In this document: in pieces, positions 19,716-29,900 of the stretch | Numbering within the stretch: the first letter of the stretch is position 1 | Layout of the letters: every line of letters starts with the position of its first letter | NCBI GenBank assembly: GCA_963803705.1 | Contig: CAWDNU010000003.1 | Coordinates: forward strand, 128,001 to 192,000 | DNA length: 64,000 nucleotides | DNA from: an uncultured Pseudobdellovibrionaceae bacterium | GTDB taxonomy: Bacteria; Bdellovibrionota; Bdellovibrionia; Bdellovibrionales; UBA1609 | Reading direction: 5' to 3' | Notes under the pieces: model-generated | Seen by the model: only the letters and a program-made list of their open reading frames with translations | The model's database searches: none | What the model was told of the DNA's origin: nothing | Position numbers and translations under genes: made by a program

Positions 19716-21146
19716 ATGAAACTTTCTAGTTTTTCTTTATTTAAAAAACCACTTTTTATGACCGCACTGTTTAGTTTGGCGGCCCTAGCTTTGGTTTTTA
19801 TGATTTTAAAGCAGTCAAATATTCAAAAAACAGAATCTAAAATTTCAAGTTACTTAAAAGATTGGAATTACGAGTTTTCAGATCAGGTTTATCATAAAAA
19901 GAATTATGAACTAATCAAAAAAGTTTTAAAGACTTTAGAATCCGAACCTATCTCAAGTTACGAAGTTACAGTCGGCGGCAACACCATCTTAGCTTGGTCA
20001 GATCGAGGTAAATTTAAAAGCTCGGATTCGTCTTGTATAGCAGTAACTCGGTCGATTAGAATCTCTGCTGGACCTAAGGTTGGTGATATTAGTTTTTGTA
20101 TGTCTGAAACTAAGATTATTGGACGAATCTTTAAAGATCCCATTTTTTGGTTAATCATATTGTTATTTGTAGTTTTATTAGCTTTATCAGCCGTTGTTCC
20201 ATTGAGGGGATATAAAGCGTCCTTAGAGGTTACACTTCAGTCACTTAAAGCTTGGCGTATGGACTCAGATTTAAATCATATAATCACTGATAAAAAAGAT
20301 AAAGTATCTAATGAAATACTGGGTCTGTTTAATGATGGCTTAGAAACAAAGCTTGAGCTTTTAGATGTTAAAAATGAACTTAAAACTCAAGCAATGATGA
20401 CTGAACTTACTAGAAGAGTGGCCCATGATTTAAGGTCACCAACAACTGCAATCAATGAAATTATATCTGACTCAAAAGAGTTTAATAAAAATTCAAAAGA
20501 TTTTCAAATTATTAAGGCATCGACAGAAAGCTTACTAGAAATTTGCCGAGACCTATTACATAAAACAAAAGAAAAGTATAAATATGACAATTCAATTATT
20601 GAAGACATAGTACCATTGGTTAAAGAAATGGTAAATCAAATAAAAAGACCAAATCAAAATGTGAGTTTTCAATTTGAAGGTGAGAAAAAATTATTAGCCA
20701 AAGTTAATCGCTCTGATTTTAAAAGAGTAGTTTCAAATTTATTAAATAATGCAGTTGAGGCCACAAATAACTTAAAAAACGGAGCTATATTAATTTCATT
20801 TGAAATCACACATCAAGGTCAGCCGCTGATTACAATTACTGACAATGGTTGTGGAATCAGCGAAGAAAATCTTCAAAAGGTTTCAAGAACTGGTTTTAGT
20901 TTTGGAAAAGAAAACGGCAATGGCCTTGGTTTATCATCTGCAAAAGATAAAATTGAGTCTTGGAGTGGAAGGCTTTTGATAACTTCAATGGTTGGAAAAG
21001 GCACAAGCGTAAAAATATATTTATTTAATGATATGATTGAAATTGAAGATTACGGATCAAAAATAAAGAGGCCAACCTATGAAAGTAATTGCAAGTTTAT
21101 TTATCTCTTTAATATTAATTTTAAGTGGATGCTCAATGGTGCCTAA
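19716..21146 (+). CDS. Membrane sensor histidine kinase
   Basis: Two TM segments, H-box VAHDLRSP, N-box NLLNNA, DNGCG, GLGL, GKGT. Confidence 0.92.
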   Translation: MKLSSFSLFKKPLFMTALFSLAALALVFMILKQSNIQKTESKISSYLKDWNYEFSDQVYHKKNYELIKKVLKTLESEPISSYEVTVGGNTILAWSDRGKFKSSDSSCIAVTRSIRISAGPKVGDISFCMSETKIIGRIFKDPIFWLIILLFVVLLALSAVVPLRGYKASLEVTLQSLKAWRMDSDLNHIITDKKDKVSNEILGLFNDGLETKLELLDVKNELKTQAMMTELTRRVAHDLRSPTTAINEIISDSKEFNKNSKDFQIIKASTESLLEICRDLLHKTKEKYKYDNSIIEDIVPLVKEMVNQIKRPNQNVSFQFEGEKKLLAKVNRSDFKRVVSNLLNNAVEATNNLKNGAILISFEITHQGQPLITITDNGCGISEENLQKVSRTGFSFGKENGNGLGLSSAKDKIESWSGRLLITSMVGKGTSVKIYLFNDMIEIEDYGSKIKRPTYESNCKFIYLFNINFKWMLNGA

Positions 21147-21570
21147 AACTAAAAACGGCAAGAAAAGATTAGGTGTTACCCTTGGAGCTATAGGCGTTGG
21201 TGCTGCGATTGGAGCAAGCACTGCTCCTGAAGATGAAAAACCAAGCTTTCACGCAGTTACTTGGGGCGCTGTTTTTGGATTAGTTGCTAAATTTGTTGCA
21301 GACTATATTTGGAGTGATCAACAGGAACTAGAAGAAACAAAAAAAGATTTTGAAGATTACAAAACTAAAAATGAATTTATCAAAATTGATGAAAAGCTTG
21401 GTTATATGATTGATAAAAAAAGTGGTAAAAATATTAAAGTTATTTATGAGGTCCATAAGGGTCGAAAAGTTATTCCTATAAATGATCAAGAAAAATATAT
21501 TGCTGAAACAATTTTGAAAGCAAGGCCTGTGAATCAAGATGAAGACTTAAATAAGGATAACAAAAAATAG
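21079..21570 (+). CDS. Glycine-zipper lipoprotein
   Basis: Lipobox LSGC; GVTLGAIGVGAAIGA and WGAVFG segments. Confidence 0.65.
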   Translation: MKVIASLFISLILILSGCSMVPKTKNGKKRLGVTLGAIGVGAAIGASTAPEDEKPSFHAVTWGAVFGLVAKFVADYIWSDQQELEETKKDFEDYKTKNEFIKIDEKLGYMIDKKSGKNIKVIYEVHKGRKVIPINDQEKYIAETILKARPVNQDEDLNKDNKK

Positions 21571-22447
21571 ATGAAAAAATATTTAATTGTTTTTCTTATT
21601 TTTTGGCTAGGAACTATTCATTTTTTAGCCTATGAGAATCCACGAGTTCAAATGCTTGTGAATTATTTTAATTCAAAAAACCAAAGCCAGGATTTAGGTC
21701 CAAGTGTTGAAGATGATTATGAATTGATTTTAAAATTTTTAGATGTCTATTACCCCTTAAATGAAAACTCTAATACTAAACAGATTTTTAGTTCAGTTGA
21801 AAAATTAGTTGATCCAAGCGTCAGAGCAAAAATCCTAGAGGGCTACAAAGAAAACCTAGATTTTTTAATGGGTAAAAAATCTACTCGTTCTTACAATTTA
21901 GAAAAAATTTTAAAAATGAAAAAAGATGGAAATTATATTGTCTATCTGAATATGAAAAAGTCTTTAAATGGTTCAAAAGATTTCCCCTATGTTTTTAAAG
22001 TTACTTTCGATATTAAAAATGATAATTTGATAAATAGTGGGTCTCCCCAAATTCATGATTTCAAAGAAGTTGTGATCACAGAACCAACTGAAGAGTTGAT
22101 TAATAAAGATTTATTTGTTGAAAATGGGGTTGTGACTGATTCTGACTTTCCATGTGAAACTAATATCCTTTCACCAGTTAATTCAAAAAGTGAAATTGAA
22201 TATAAAGTTTTACCAAGGGAAAAAGGCATCTTTTAGCCCCTCTAAAGATTTTAAAGAAGAAGAGTTTAAGGCCATTTGTGGCCGCAGAAGTTTTAAAATT
22301 AAGTTATCGAGCAGTAGTTCCTATATTACGCTATATCAGAAGTTTGATAACTCAGACAGTAAATACAAACCTAAGCTATTGACCGAAGAAGAACAGTTGG
22401 CCAAAGATATCAAAGAACAATTTGGTGGAGAATTTATTAGTAGATGA
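21571..22447 (+). CDS. VirB8-like (NTF2-fold) membrane-anchored protein with C-terminal extension, +1 frameshift near 22210
   Basis: N-terminal TM, then LKFLDVYY...helices...beta strands pattern. ORF 22154-22447 continues in the +1 frame. Confidence 0.4.
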
Positions 22448-22471
22448 GGACGAAACGACTAAGCCGAGGTT

Positions 22472-23350
22472 TTGATGAATGAGCTACAATACAAAATCAA
22501 ATTATTTGACGATTTTATCTCAGACAGTGACGAACGCAATAGGTTTGTATTAAAAGAAAAATATTCTGAATATGTTTTAGAAAAAGCATCGGAGTATTCA
22601 GTGCTTATTCATACATCATGGGTAAGTGAACTTATTCATAAAAAATCAATCATTTACCTAAAATATGGTGTCTTAAAAAGATTTATATTGATACTGACTT
22701 ACTTCGAAAGAATCATTAGAATTGCACCTGCTACTAGAGTTGACCCTCTGGATTTTGAAGAGGTATGCCAATTTAATGCTAATCTTAACAGCTTGTTAAT
22801 TAGCCTTACAGGATTAATTGACTGTGCAATGTGGGTCTTTGTTTATGAAAACTCTAAAACTGAAATGAAACTTGAAGATAAGCTTTACTGTAGCCCAAGA
22901 TGTTTTGAAGAAAATAAAACATTAATAAAATTAAATGATATTTTTTTTAAAATTTTGAAAGTTAATAAAGTTTTCTCAGATAAAATACTAGATTATAAAG
23001 ATTGGTATAGAGAACTTAGCGGCAAAAGAAATTTCGTTGCTCACGGGGTGCCATTTAGAATAAGTGATCCGCATATTGATTTGAGTTCAAAACCACTAAA
23101 AGAAAGATATGACAAAAAGATACATCAGGCTTTTCTAACTAAAGACCGTATTTATTTAAAAACTTTACAGTATGAAGCATCTAAAATTGGAGTTTTTCAA
23201 CCAACTTATATTGGCTTCACCGGAAAAAAAGAAATAACTTATAATCTGTATGAGTCTATACCTGAACATATAGTAAAAACAATTAATCTGGCGACCTTGA
23301 TTTTAAATACAGCCTTACTTGATAGTCGATTAACGAATCAAGAAAAGTAG
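22472..23350 (+). CDS. HEPN-domain protein (Cthe_2314-like)
   Basis: All-helical protein with the Rx4H motif RNFVAH in WYRELSGKRNFVAHG. Confidence 0.6.
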   Translation: MMNELQYKIKLFDDFISDSDERNRFVLKEKYSEYVLEKASEYSVLIHTSWVSELIHKKSIIYLKYGVLKRFILILTYFERIIRIAPATRVDPLDFEEVCQFNANLNSLLISLTGLIDCAMWVFVYENSKTEMKLEDKLYCSPRCFEENKTLIKLNDIFFKILKVNKVFSDKILDYKDWYRELSGKRNFVAHGVPFRISDPHIDLSSKPLKERYDKKIHQAFLTKDRIYLKTLQYEASKIGVFQPTYIGFTGKKEITYNLYESIPEHIVKTINLATLILNTALLDSRLTNQEK

Positions 23351-23539
23351 TATACATAAGGTTTTAAATTTAGAACTAAAAAGTAATATAGAGCACAACT
23401 TTATGGGGGGTGGCCAGCCGGCGGTTTTTTTTAGAGCCAATAATATCTTTAATGTCGAAGCCAGAAATCACAACTCGATTCTAAAAGATCTTACTCAATT
23501 AGGTGGCCGAAACTTAAGCTTAGGTCTAAGGGCTTATTT

Positions 23540-24076
23540 TTAGACATATCGAATCTTTGTATCAGTCAGTGTCCAAGTAGGAATAGCTCCGCCGATTAAA
23601 GCTCCTATTAGCCAAAGAATGGCCAAGCTTAAGGACATGTGAGCACCAAGAGCCATAAAAGTGGCTAATGACAAAAAACCAAGAGAAAAAATTTGAATAA
23701 AATAATTTTTCTTAAGCACCCTGAATTCATCTCGATTTAAAATCATCCATGCGGCTAAAACGCTAAAGCTGACAAAAATAACTCCACAAAGAGGCATGCA
23801 TACCGTGTGGCCAAACGTCATAAAATACTCCGATAGCGAAAGTTGTGTGTTAAATGGGTTTAGGCCAAACTGATTACAAATGGCCAAAGAAAGTGTTCCA
23901 AAAATGGAATGAACGACCAATAGTTTTAGAAACACAATCCAAGGAGAAGGGTTCATCATTTTTTTTACATTCATAAGAATTAAATCTGAAATATGTTTTG
24001 GTGGCTCAATGGGTTGAGCTGACATAAATTCATTATACTCTTTTAGCCATTCGTTTTCATTTAATTTTTTTTTCAT
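23540..24076 (-). CDS. Membrane anti-sigma factor with Cys/His/Met residues
   Basis: Translationally coupled after the ECF sigma; about 4 TM segments; VVH, AICNQFG, FGHTVCMPLCG. Confidence 0.65.
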   Translation of the reverse strand: MKKKLNENEWLKEYNEFMSAQPIEPPKHISDLILMNVKKMMNPSPWIVFLKLLVVHSIFGTLSLAICNQFGLNPFNTQLSLSEYFMTFGHTVCMPLCGVIFVSFSVLAAWMILNRDEFRVLKKNYFIQIFSLGFLSLATFMALGAHMSLSLAILWLIGALIGGAIPTWTLTDTKIRYV

Positions 24077-24630
24077 AGGCTATCCTCGCTTTTTCCAAGG
24101 GCTAATTTAACCTTCCTTAAGCCTCTACTAATAAGTTGCCTCACATTTTGTGGAGTAGTTTTAAATTCAGTAGCGATTTTCTCAAAAGTCCAATCGTCGA
24201 TATAACGAAGTTTCAAGGCCAACTTTTGAGATTCAGGTAAATTTCCCATGATAAAATCTAACTGCTCAAGACTACCAAAGTCAGCCAAGCCGCTATCACC
24301 GGGTATGTCTTTAAGGTCATACACGAACGAATTTTTTTTAGTTTTTGTCTCTGCTTTTTTAAAATGATCAAATAAAATATTTCTGGCTATTGTAAAAACC
24401 CAAGGTAAAAAAGGATATTGAGTATTGTATTTATCTCTTGAATTATGAATTCTCGCAAAAGTGTCTTGTAAAAACTCTTGAGCTAGTTCTTTACCGACCT
24501 TACTATTTAAATATTCAAATAAACGTCCAGAATGTCGTTTATATAAAATTTCAAAAGCCATTAAGTCGCTTGTCTGATACAAAACCATAAGTTCCTCGTC
24601 AGATAGATTTAGTTTTTCGTTACTTTTCAT
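24073..24630 (-). CDS. ECF RNA polymerase sigma factor
   Basis: SDEELM, AFEILYKRH, FLPWVFTIARN, region 4 LPESQK...EKIA...ISRG. Confidence 0.92.
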   Translation of the reverse strand: MKSNEKLNLSDEELMVLYQTSDLMAFEILYKRHSGRLFEYLNSKVGKELAQEFLQDTFARIHNSRDKYNTQYPFLPWVFTIARNILFDHFKKAETKTKKNSFVYDLKDIPGDSGLADFGSLEQLDFIMGNLPESQKLALKLRYIDDWTFEKIATEFKTTPQNVRQLISRGLRKVKLALGKSEDSL

Positions 24631-24650
24631 CCACTACCTACATTAGACAT

Positions 24651-24676
24651 TACGAGTTAATTCTAATTTTGTGACA
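24651..24676 (-). promoter_or_regulatory. ECF promoter (autoregulatory)
   Basis: Minus strand TGTCACAAA-attagaattaac-TCGTA. Confidence 0.7.
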
Positions 24677-24731
24677 CATCTTTCTTAAATAATTAGCAAA
24701 ATTAAAATAATGGTTATTTTAACCCCATTGC

Positions 24732-24757
24732 TGTCACAAAGAAGAGTTTATATCGTA
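24732..24757 (+). promoter_or_regulatory. ECF promoter of the cus/cop operon
   Basis: TGTCACAAA-gaagagtttata-TCGTA; same boxes and 12-nt spacer as the divergent copy. Confidence 0.7.
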
Positions 24758-24766
24758 TAGACTTAT

Positions 24767-26005
24767 ATGACAGTCTCTTTTCAATCATATTGGTTATTTA
24801 CGTTAAATTTACTAATAAATTTATTTATAGGTTTGCTTATTTCTCAGACATCTATAGCCGCTGAGATCCTAAGCTCTGAAGATTTTTTGGCTTTGGCCTT
24901 AAAAGAGAATCTAGATTTACGTCTAGCGAAAGCTGAAACTAAAGTGGTCAGCTCTTCAGCTAGCGGAATACGAATTCCAGCACCTTCTGTGGGGTTCACT
25001 CAGATGAACATGCAAGGAGGCCAGACAGCTCAAGGATGGCAAGTGAGTCAAACGATTCCTTTTCCAACAAAGATTCTTCGTGACCATTCCGCAAGAAAAT
25101 ATGCTTTGGATGCTCAAAAGCAAGATGAACTAGTAGCTGATCAAGAATTACGTGCTCAAGCCAAGTATATCTATTTTTTGATTTGGGAAACCCAGGAACA
25201 GAAATCTGTTTTAAAAGAAAAAAAAGATGTTTTACTAAAACATATCCGCATCGCAAAATCAGTGGCTCAATCAGATACGTTTGCAAAGATTCACGTTTTA
25301 AAGGCAGAGTCTGAAGTGGATCTATTAGAAAATGAATTGGATTTGGTTTCTCAGGTTCATCAAGAACGACAATCCATGGCGGCTCAGTTCTTAAACAAAG
25401 AGCCTGGAGTCTTTAAGATTAAAGTCACAAACCCAGGGTTATCAAAAGCTCCAGATATTTCTTCAGTTGAAGAGACTCCACAAATTCAATCCTTAAATAA
25501 ACGTTTAAAAAGTTATCAGGCCTTAGAAAAAGTAGGTCATGCAGAGTGGCTTCCTGATTTCACAATTGGCTACTCGCACATGGATGACACGATGAGGTTT
25601 CCACCGAACAATCAAATTATGGTCGGAATCACCTTACCTTTTGTTTATTTTTGGCAAGCCGATGCAAAATCTAAAGAGAGCACCGCGCAAAAACTAAAGA
25701 CCGAGATTAATCTATATAAAGCCAAAAGAAATATTCAGGCTGAAAAAGTAAATCTAGAAAGCGCACTTCAAACCTTTGAAAGACAAATTTCAACTTTAAA
25801 GAATAAGATTTTACCAAAAGCGGTCAAAAGAAAAAAACTTTTTCAAAACGTTGCACCTAGAGATTTGAGTACCTTGCAGGAACATTTAGACACTCATCTT
25901 GCTATTCCAGATATTAGGCTACAAATTTTAAGTCTACAGTCAAAGTATGAGCAAACCGTGTCTATGTTATCGCGATATAAAACACACAAAGGAAGTGCAA
26001 ATTGA
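24767..26005 (+). CDS. TolC-family outer-membrane factor of a Cu/Ag efflux system
   Basis: SQTIPFPTK, WLPDFTIGY, VGITLPF OEP motifs; upstream of adaptor and CusA genes. Confidence 0.8.
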   Translation: MTVSFQSYWLFTLNLLINLFIGLLISQTSIAAEILSSEDFLALALKENLDLRLAKAETKVVSSSASGIRIPAPSVGFTQMNMQGGQTAQGWQVSQTIPFPTKILRDHSARKYALDAQKQDELVADQELRAQAKYIYFLIWETQEQKSVLKEKKDVLLKHIRIAKSVAQSDTFAKIHVLKAESEVDLLENELDLVSQVHQERQSMAAQFLNKEPGVFKIKVTNPGLSKAPDISSVEETPQIQSLNKRLKSYQALEKVGHAEWLPDFTIGYSHMDDTMRFPPNNQIMVGITLPFVYFWQADAKSKESTAQKLKTEINLYKAKRNIQAEKVNLESALQTFERQISTLKNKILPKAVKRKKLFQNVAPRDLSTLQEHLDTHLAIPDIRLQILSLQSKYEQTVSMLSRYKTHKGSAN

Positions 26006-26988
26006 GAAAGCAGACAGGGGTGATTTTAACTTTAATTTTTGGTTCAGTTGTAGTTTTCTTATTAATCTATCTTTTTGGATCAGGTTTTTTTAAACATCAG
26101 TCTGCGGATCATCAGTCTAAAAACAACCAAATGACAAACCATCAAAGCAGCCATGCTCATAGCGATGGAGATGCTCATGCAAGCAATGAAAAACAAATTT
26201 ATACATGTCCCATGCATCCTGAGATTCGTGAAAGCAGACCTGGGAGCTGTCCTATTTGTCACATGAAATTAGTCAAAGTGGTTAATGAATCTAACAAAAA
26301 CATTAAGGGTAGTAATAAAAACAATACTGAAAGCGAAATCAGTTTAAATATATCACCTTATCAATCGAGCCTTGTTGGTCTTAAACCTATCAAAGTTTTA
26401 AAAAAAGAAGTTGAGCATTTAATACCTATATCGGGTCGAATTATTTCAAAAACTTCCCTTGCGCTGCAAGTTTTTGAAAAAGACTTAAGATATATAAAAT
26501 CAGGGGTGAAGTTTTATGGCCGTTCTGAAGTCTTTCCCGAAGACCTTATTAAAGGTGAAATATATTCCATAGATAATCTTGCAGATCCAAGTAGCCGTAC
26601 AGTTAGAGTCCTAGGTCGAATCACTGATAGCGGCAGAAATTCGCTTTCAGAGTCTAGTTTCACGGGTGAAGTAATTGTAGCTCTGGGCGAGAAATTAGTA
26701 GTGCCTGAAAAAAGTATTTTATTTACAGGTCAAGGTGATTTCGTTTATTTGTATCAAGAAGAAATTCTTCAACCTCAAAGAGTAAGTCTTGGTCCAAAAG
26801 TAGGTGAAGAGTATGTTATTTTAGATGGCCTTAACGAAAATGACATGATCAGTTCGGGACCCAATTTTTTAATTGATTCCGAAAGTAAGATTCGTGGTTT
26901 ATCCACAAAAAAATCTAATCCAAATTGTCCTAAAGGTCAAAAATGGAATGAACCCATGTCGATGTGCATGACAAGTGAAACGTTATGA
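26002..26988 (+). CDS. cusB: CusB-like periplasmic adaptor with heavy-metal-binding domain
   Basis: His-rich N-terminus, YTCPMHP...CPICHMKL, DPSSRTVRV, VPEKSIL, FLIDSES. Confidence 0.75.
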   Translation: MRKQTGVILTLIFGSVVVFLLIYLFGSGFFKHQSADHQSKNNQMTNHQSSHAHSDGDAHASNEKQIYTCPMHPEIRESRPGSCPICHMKLVKVVNESNKNIKGSNKNNTESEISLNISPYQSSLVGLKPIKVLKKEVEHLIPISGRIISKTSLALQVFEKDLRYIKSGVKFYGRSEVFPEDLIKGEIYSIDNLADPSSRTVRVLGRITDSGRNSLSESSFTGEVIVALGEKLVVPEKSILFTGQGDFVYLYQEEILQPQRVSLGPKVGEEYVILDGLNENDMISSGPNFLIDSESKIRGLSTKKSNPNCPKGQKWNEPMSMCMTSETL

Positions 26989-29900
26989 TTGGGAAAATAA
27001 TTGATTTTTCAGCACATAATCGGTTTTTAGTTATTTCTATAACTGCACTTTTAACTGTGATCGGTGTTTTTAGTTTAAAAAATATTCCACTTGATGCCAT
27101 ACCTGATTTGTCTGATACCCAAGTTATTATTTATTCTAAATGGGACCGTTCACCTGACATCATAGAAAATCAAGTCACTTATCCTATAGTATCGGCTATG
27201 CTGGGCGCTCCTAAAGTGAAGTCTGTTCGAGGCTCTTCGGATTATGGTTACTCTTATGTTTATGTTATTTTTGAAGATGGAACAGATCTTTATTGGGCAC
27301 GAAGCCGAGTGATCGAAAGTTTAAATCGAATCAACTCCCAACTGCCTGAGGGGGTTAGAACTGAAATAGGGCCTGACGCTACAAGCGTGGGATGGGTCTA
27401 TCAATATGCTTTAGTAGATAAATCAGGAAAGCTAAATGCCGCCGAGTTAAGAAGTTTGCAAGATTGGACTTTGAAATTTCAGCTTCAATCCGTTTCCGGA
27501 GTCGCCGAAGTGGCCAGCCTTGGCGGTTACGTCAAACAGTTTCAAGTCAAAGTTGATCCAACTAAACTTCAACTTTATAATCTTTCAATCAAACAAGTGA
27601 TGGACGCCGTTCGTGATTCGAATCAAGAAACGGGTGGCAGAACCATAGAGTTTTCTGGCGCTGAAGCCATGGTACGTAGCCGTGCTTTAGTTGAAAAAAC
27701 AGAAGACATTGAAAATGCCGTGATCACGTACGGCTTAAATAGTCGATCCCCCATTTTAGTCAAGCAAGTGGCCGATGTAAGTATTGGTGCAGAAATGCGA
27801 AGGGGCATCACTGACTTCAATGGAACAGGCGACACTGTTGGTGGAGTAATAGTGATGCGTCAAGGAGAAGATGCTCCTTCTGTGATTTCTGCGGTGAAAG
27901 AAAAGATGAATGAGCTTCAAAAATTTCTTCCTGAGGGTGTCGAATTTCATACAGTTTATGATCGTTCAGATTTAATCGAAAGAGCCATACATACTTTGAA
28001 GGCCACTCTTATTGAAGAGTTAATTATTGTAAGTTTAATTATTTTACTGTTTTTATGGCACATTCCATCTGCCATTGTTCCTATTGTGACCATACCTGTT
28101 TCAGTCCTTTTGGCTTTTATTCCTCTTTATATTTTGGGAGAAAGTTCAAACATCATGTCGCTTTCAGGAATCGCAATTTCGATCGGGGTCTTAGTAGATG
28201 GTGCGATTGTTGAAGTCGAAAACGCTTATAAAAAAATTCAACTATGGGACGAAGGTGGCAGAAAAGGTGATTTTTTTAAAGTTCGATTAGATGCTTTAAA
28301 AGAAGTCGGGCCTTCGGTCTTTTTTTCACTTCTTGTCATTGCCGTCGCCTTTATTCCTGTATTCACTTTGATTGACCAAGAGGGTCGTTTGTTTCGACCA
28401 CTTGCACTTTCAAAAACTTTTATAATGGCAATCGCTTCGTTTTTAGCAGTGACTTTTGATCCTGCAATGCGAATGATGTTTGCTCGGATTGAACCCTTTA
28501 ATACTAAGTATTCTATTTTAAATAAAATTGGCGACAAATTTCTTATTGGGACTTACTACAAAGAAGAACGTCATCCTATTAGTAAAAGACTATTTAAATT
28601 TTATACTCCAGCTGTTAAATGGACTCTTCGTCATAGGAAAACAACTTTAGTTTTAGCTTTTGTAGGAACTCTTTCAATTATTCCTGGACTTAAATTTTTA
28701 GGATCAGAGTTTATGCCTACATTGCATGAAGGCAGTTTACTTTATATGCCAACGGCATTGCCAGGGCTTTCAGTAACTGAAGCTCAAAAACTTTTAATTG
28801 TTCAGGATCAAATATTAAAAAGTTTTCCAGAAGTGGACACTGTGTTTGGAAAAGCAGGACGAGCAGACACCTCTACGGATACAGCACCTTTAAGTATGAT
28901 TGAAACGACGATCACTTTAAAGCCTAAAGCAGAATGGCGAAAAAATGATCGTTGGTATTCAAGTCTTCCTGAGATCCTAAAATTTCCATTTGTTAAAATA
29001 TGGCCAGAAACAATAAGTGAAGAAAGCTTAATTGAAGAAATGAATTCACGACTTAGCTTTATCGGGATGCCAAATATTTGGACCATGCCCATTAAAAATC
29101 GAATAGATATGCTTTCAACGGGTATTCGAAGTCCAATAGGCCTAAAGATTTTTGGCCCTGACTTAGAAACCATTCAAGCTATTGGTCAGGATATTGAACA
29201 AAAAATAAAAACAGTGAAAGGCACCAGATCAGTTGTGGCCGAACGAATAGCCAGCGGATATTTTTTGGATGTGGATTTTGACAGAGAAAAAATAAAACTG
29301 TATGGACTTTCTGTAAAAGAAGCACAAGACCAAGCTATGGCTGCAATTGGCGGCTCGAATGTTTCTCAAGTCTTAGCCACTAGAGAACGTTATCCAATAC
29401 AAGTTCGCTTTGCACCTGCTTTTAGACAAGATAAAGAGAGTATTAAACGAGTTTTAATTACGTCACCTACGGGGGCGCAGATTCCTTTAAGTTCTATTGC
29501 GAAAGTTCATATTAAAAATGGGCCGGGAATGATTCGTGATGAAAACGCGTCTCTGGTTGGTTATGTTTATATTGATATTGATCCTGAAGCTACAGACATT
29601 GGGACTTATGTGACTTTAGCTAAACAAGCATTAGATAAAAACCTGAAAATTCCTGAAGGGTATATTGTCGAATGGAGTGGTCAGTTTAAAAACATGGAGC
29701 GGGTCAAAGCTCGTTTAAAAATTATCATTCCGTTAACCTTAATTTTAATTCTATATCTACTCTATTTTAACACTCAATCATGGGTAAAAACTGGAATTAT
29801 TCTTTTGGCAGTTCCCTTTTCCTTGATTGGAGCCGTATGGCTTTTGGTTTTCCTTGGATACAACATATCTATTGCCGCTTGGGTAGGAATGATTGCTCTT

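Noticed and set aside
24073..24630. CorE-like metal-binding ECF sigma
   Set aside because: The protein has no cysteines, so it lacks the CxC motif and Cys-rich tail.
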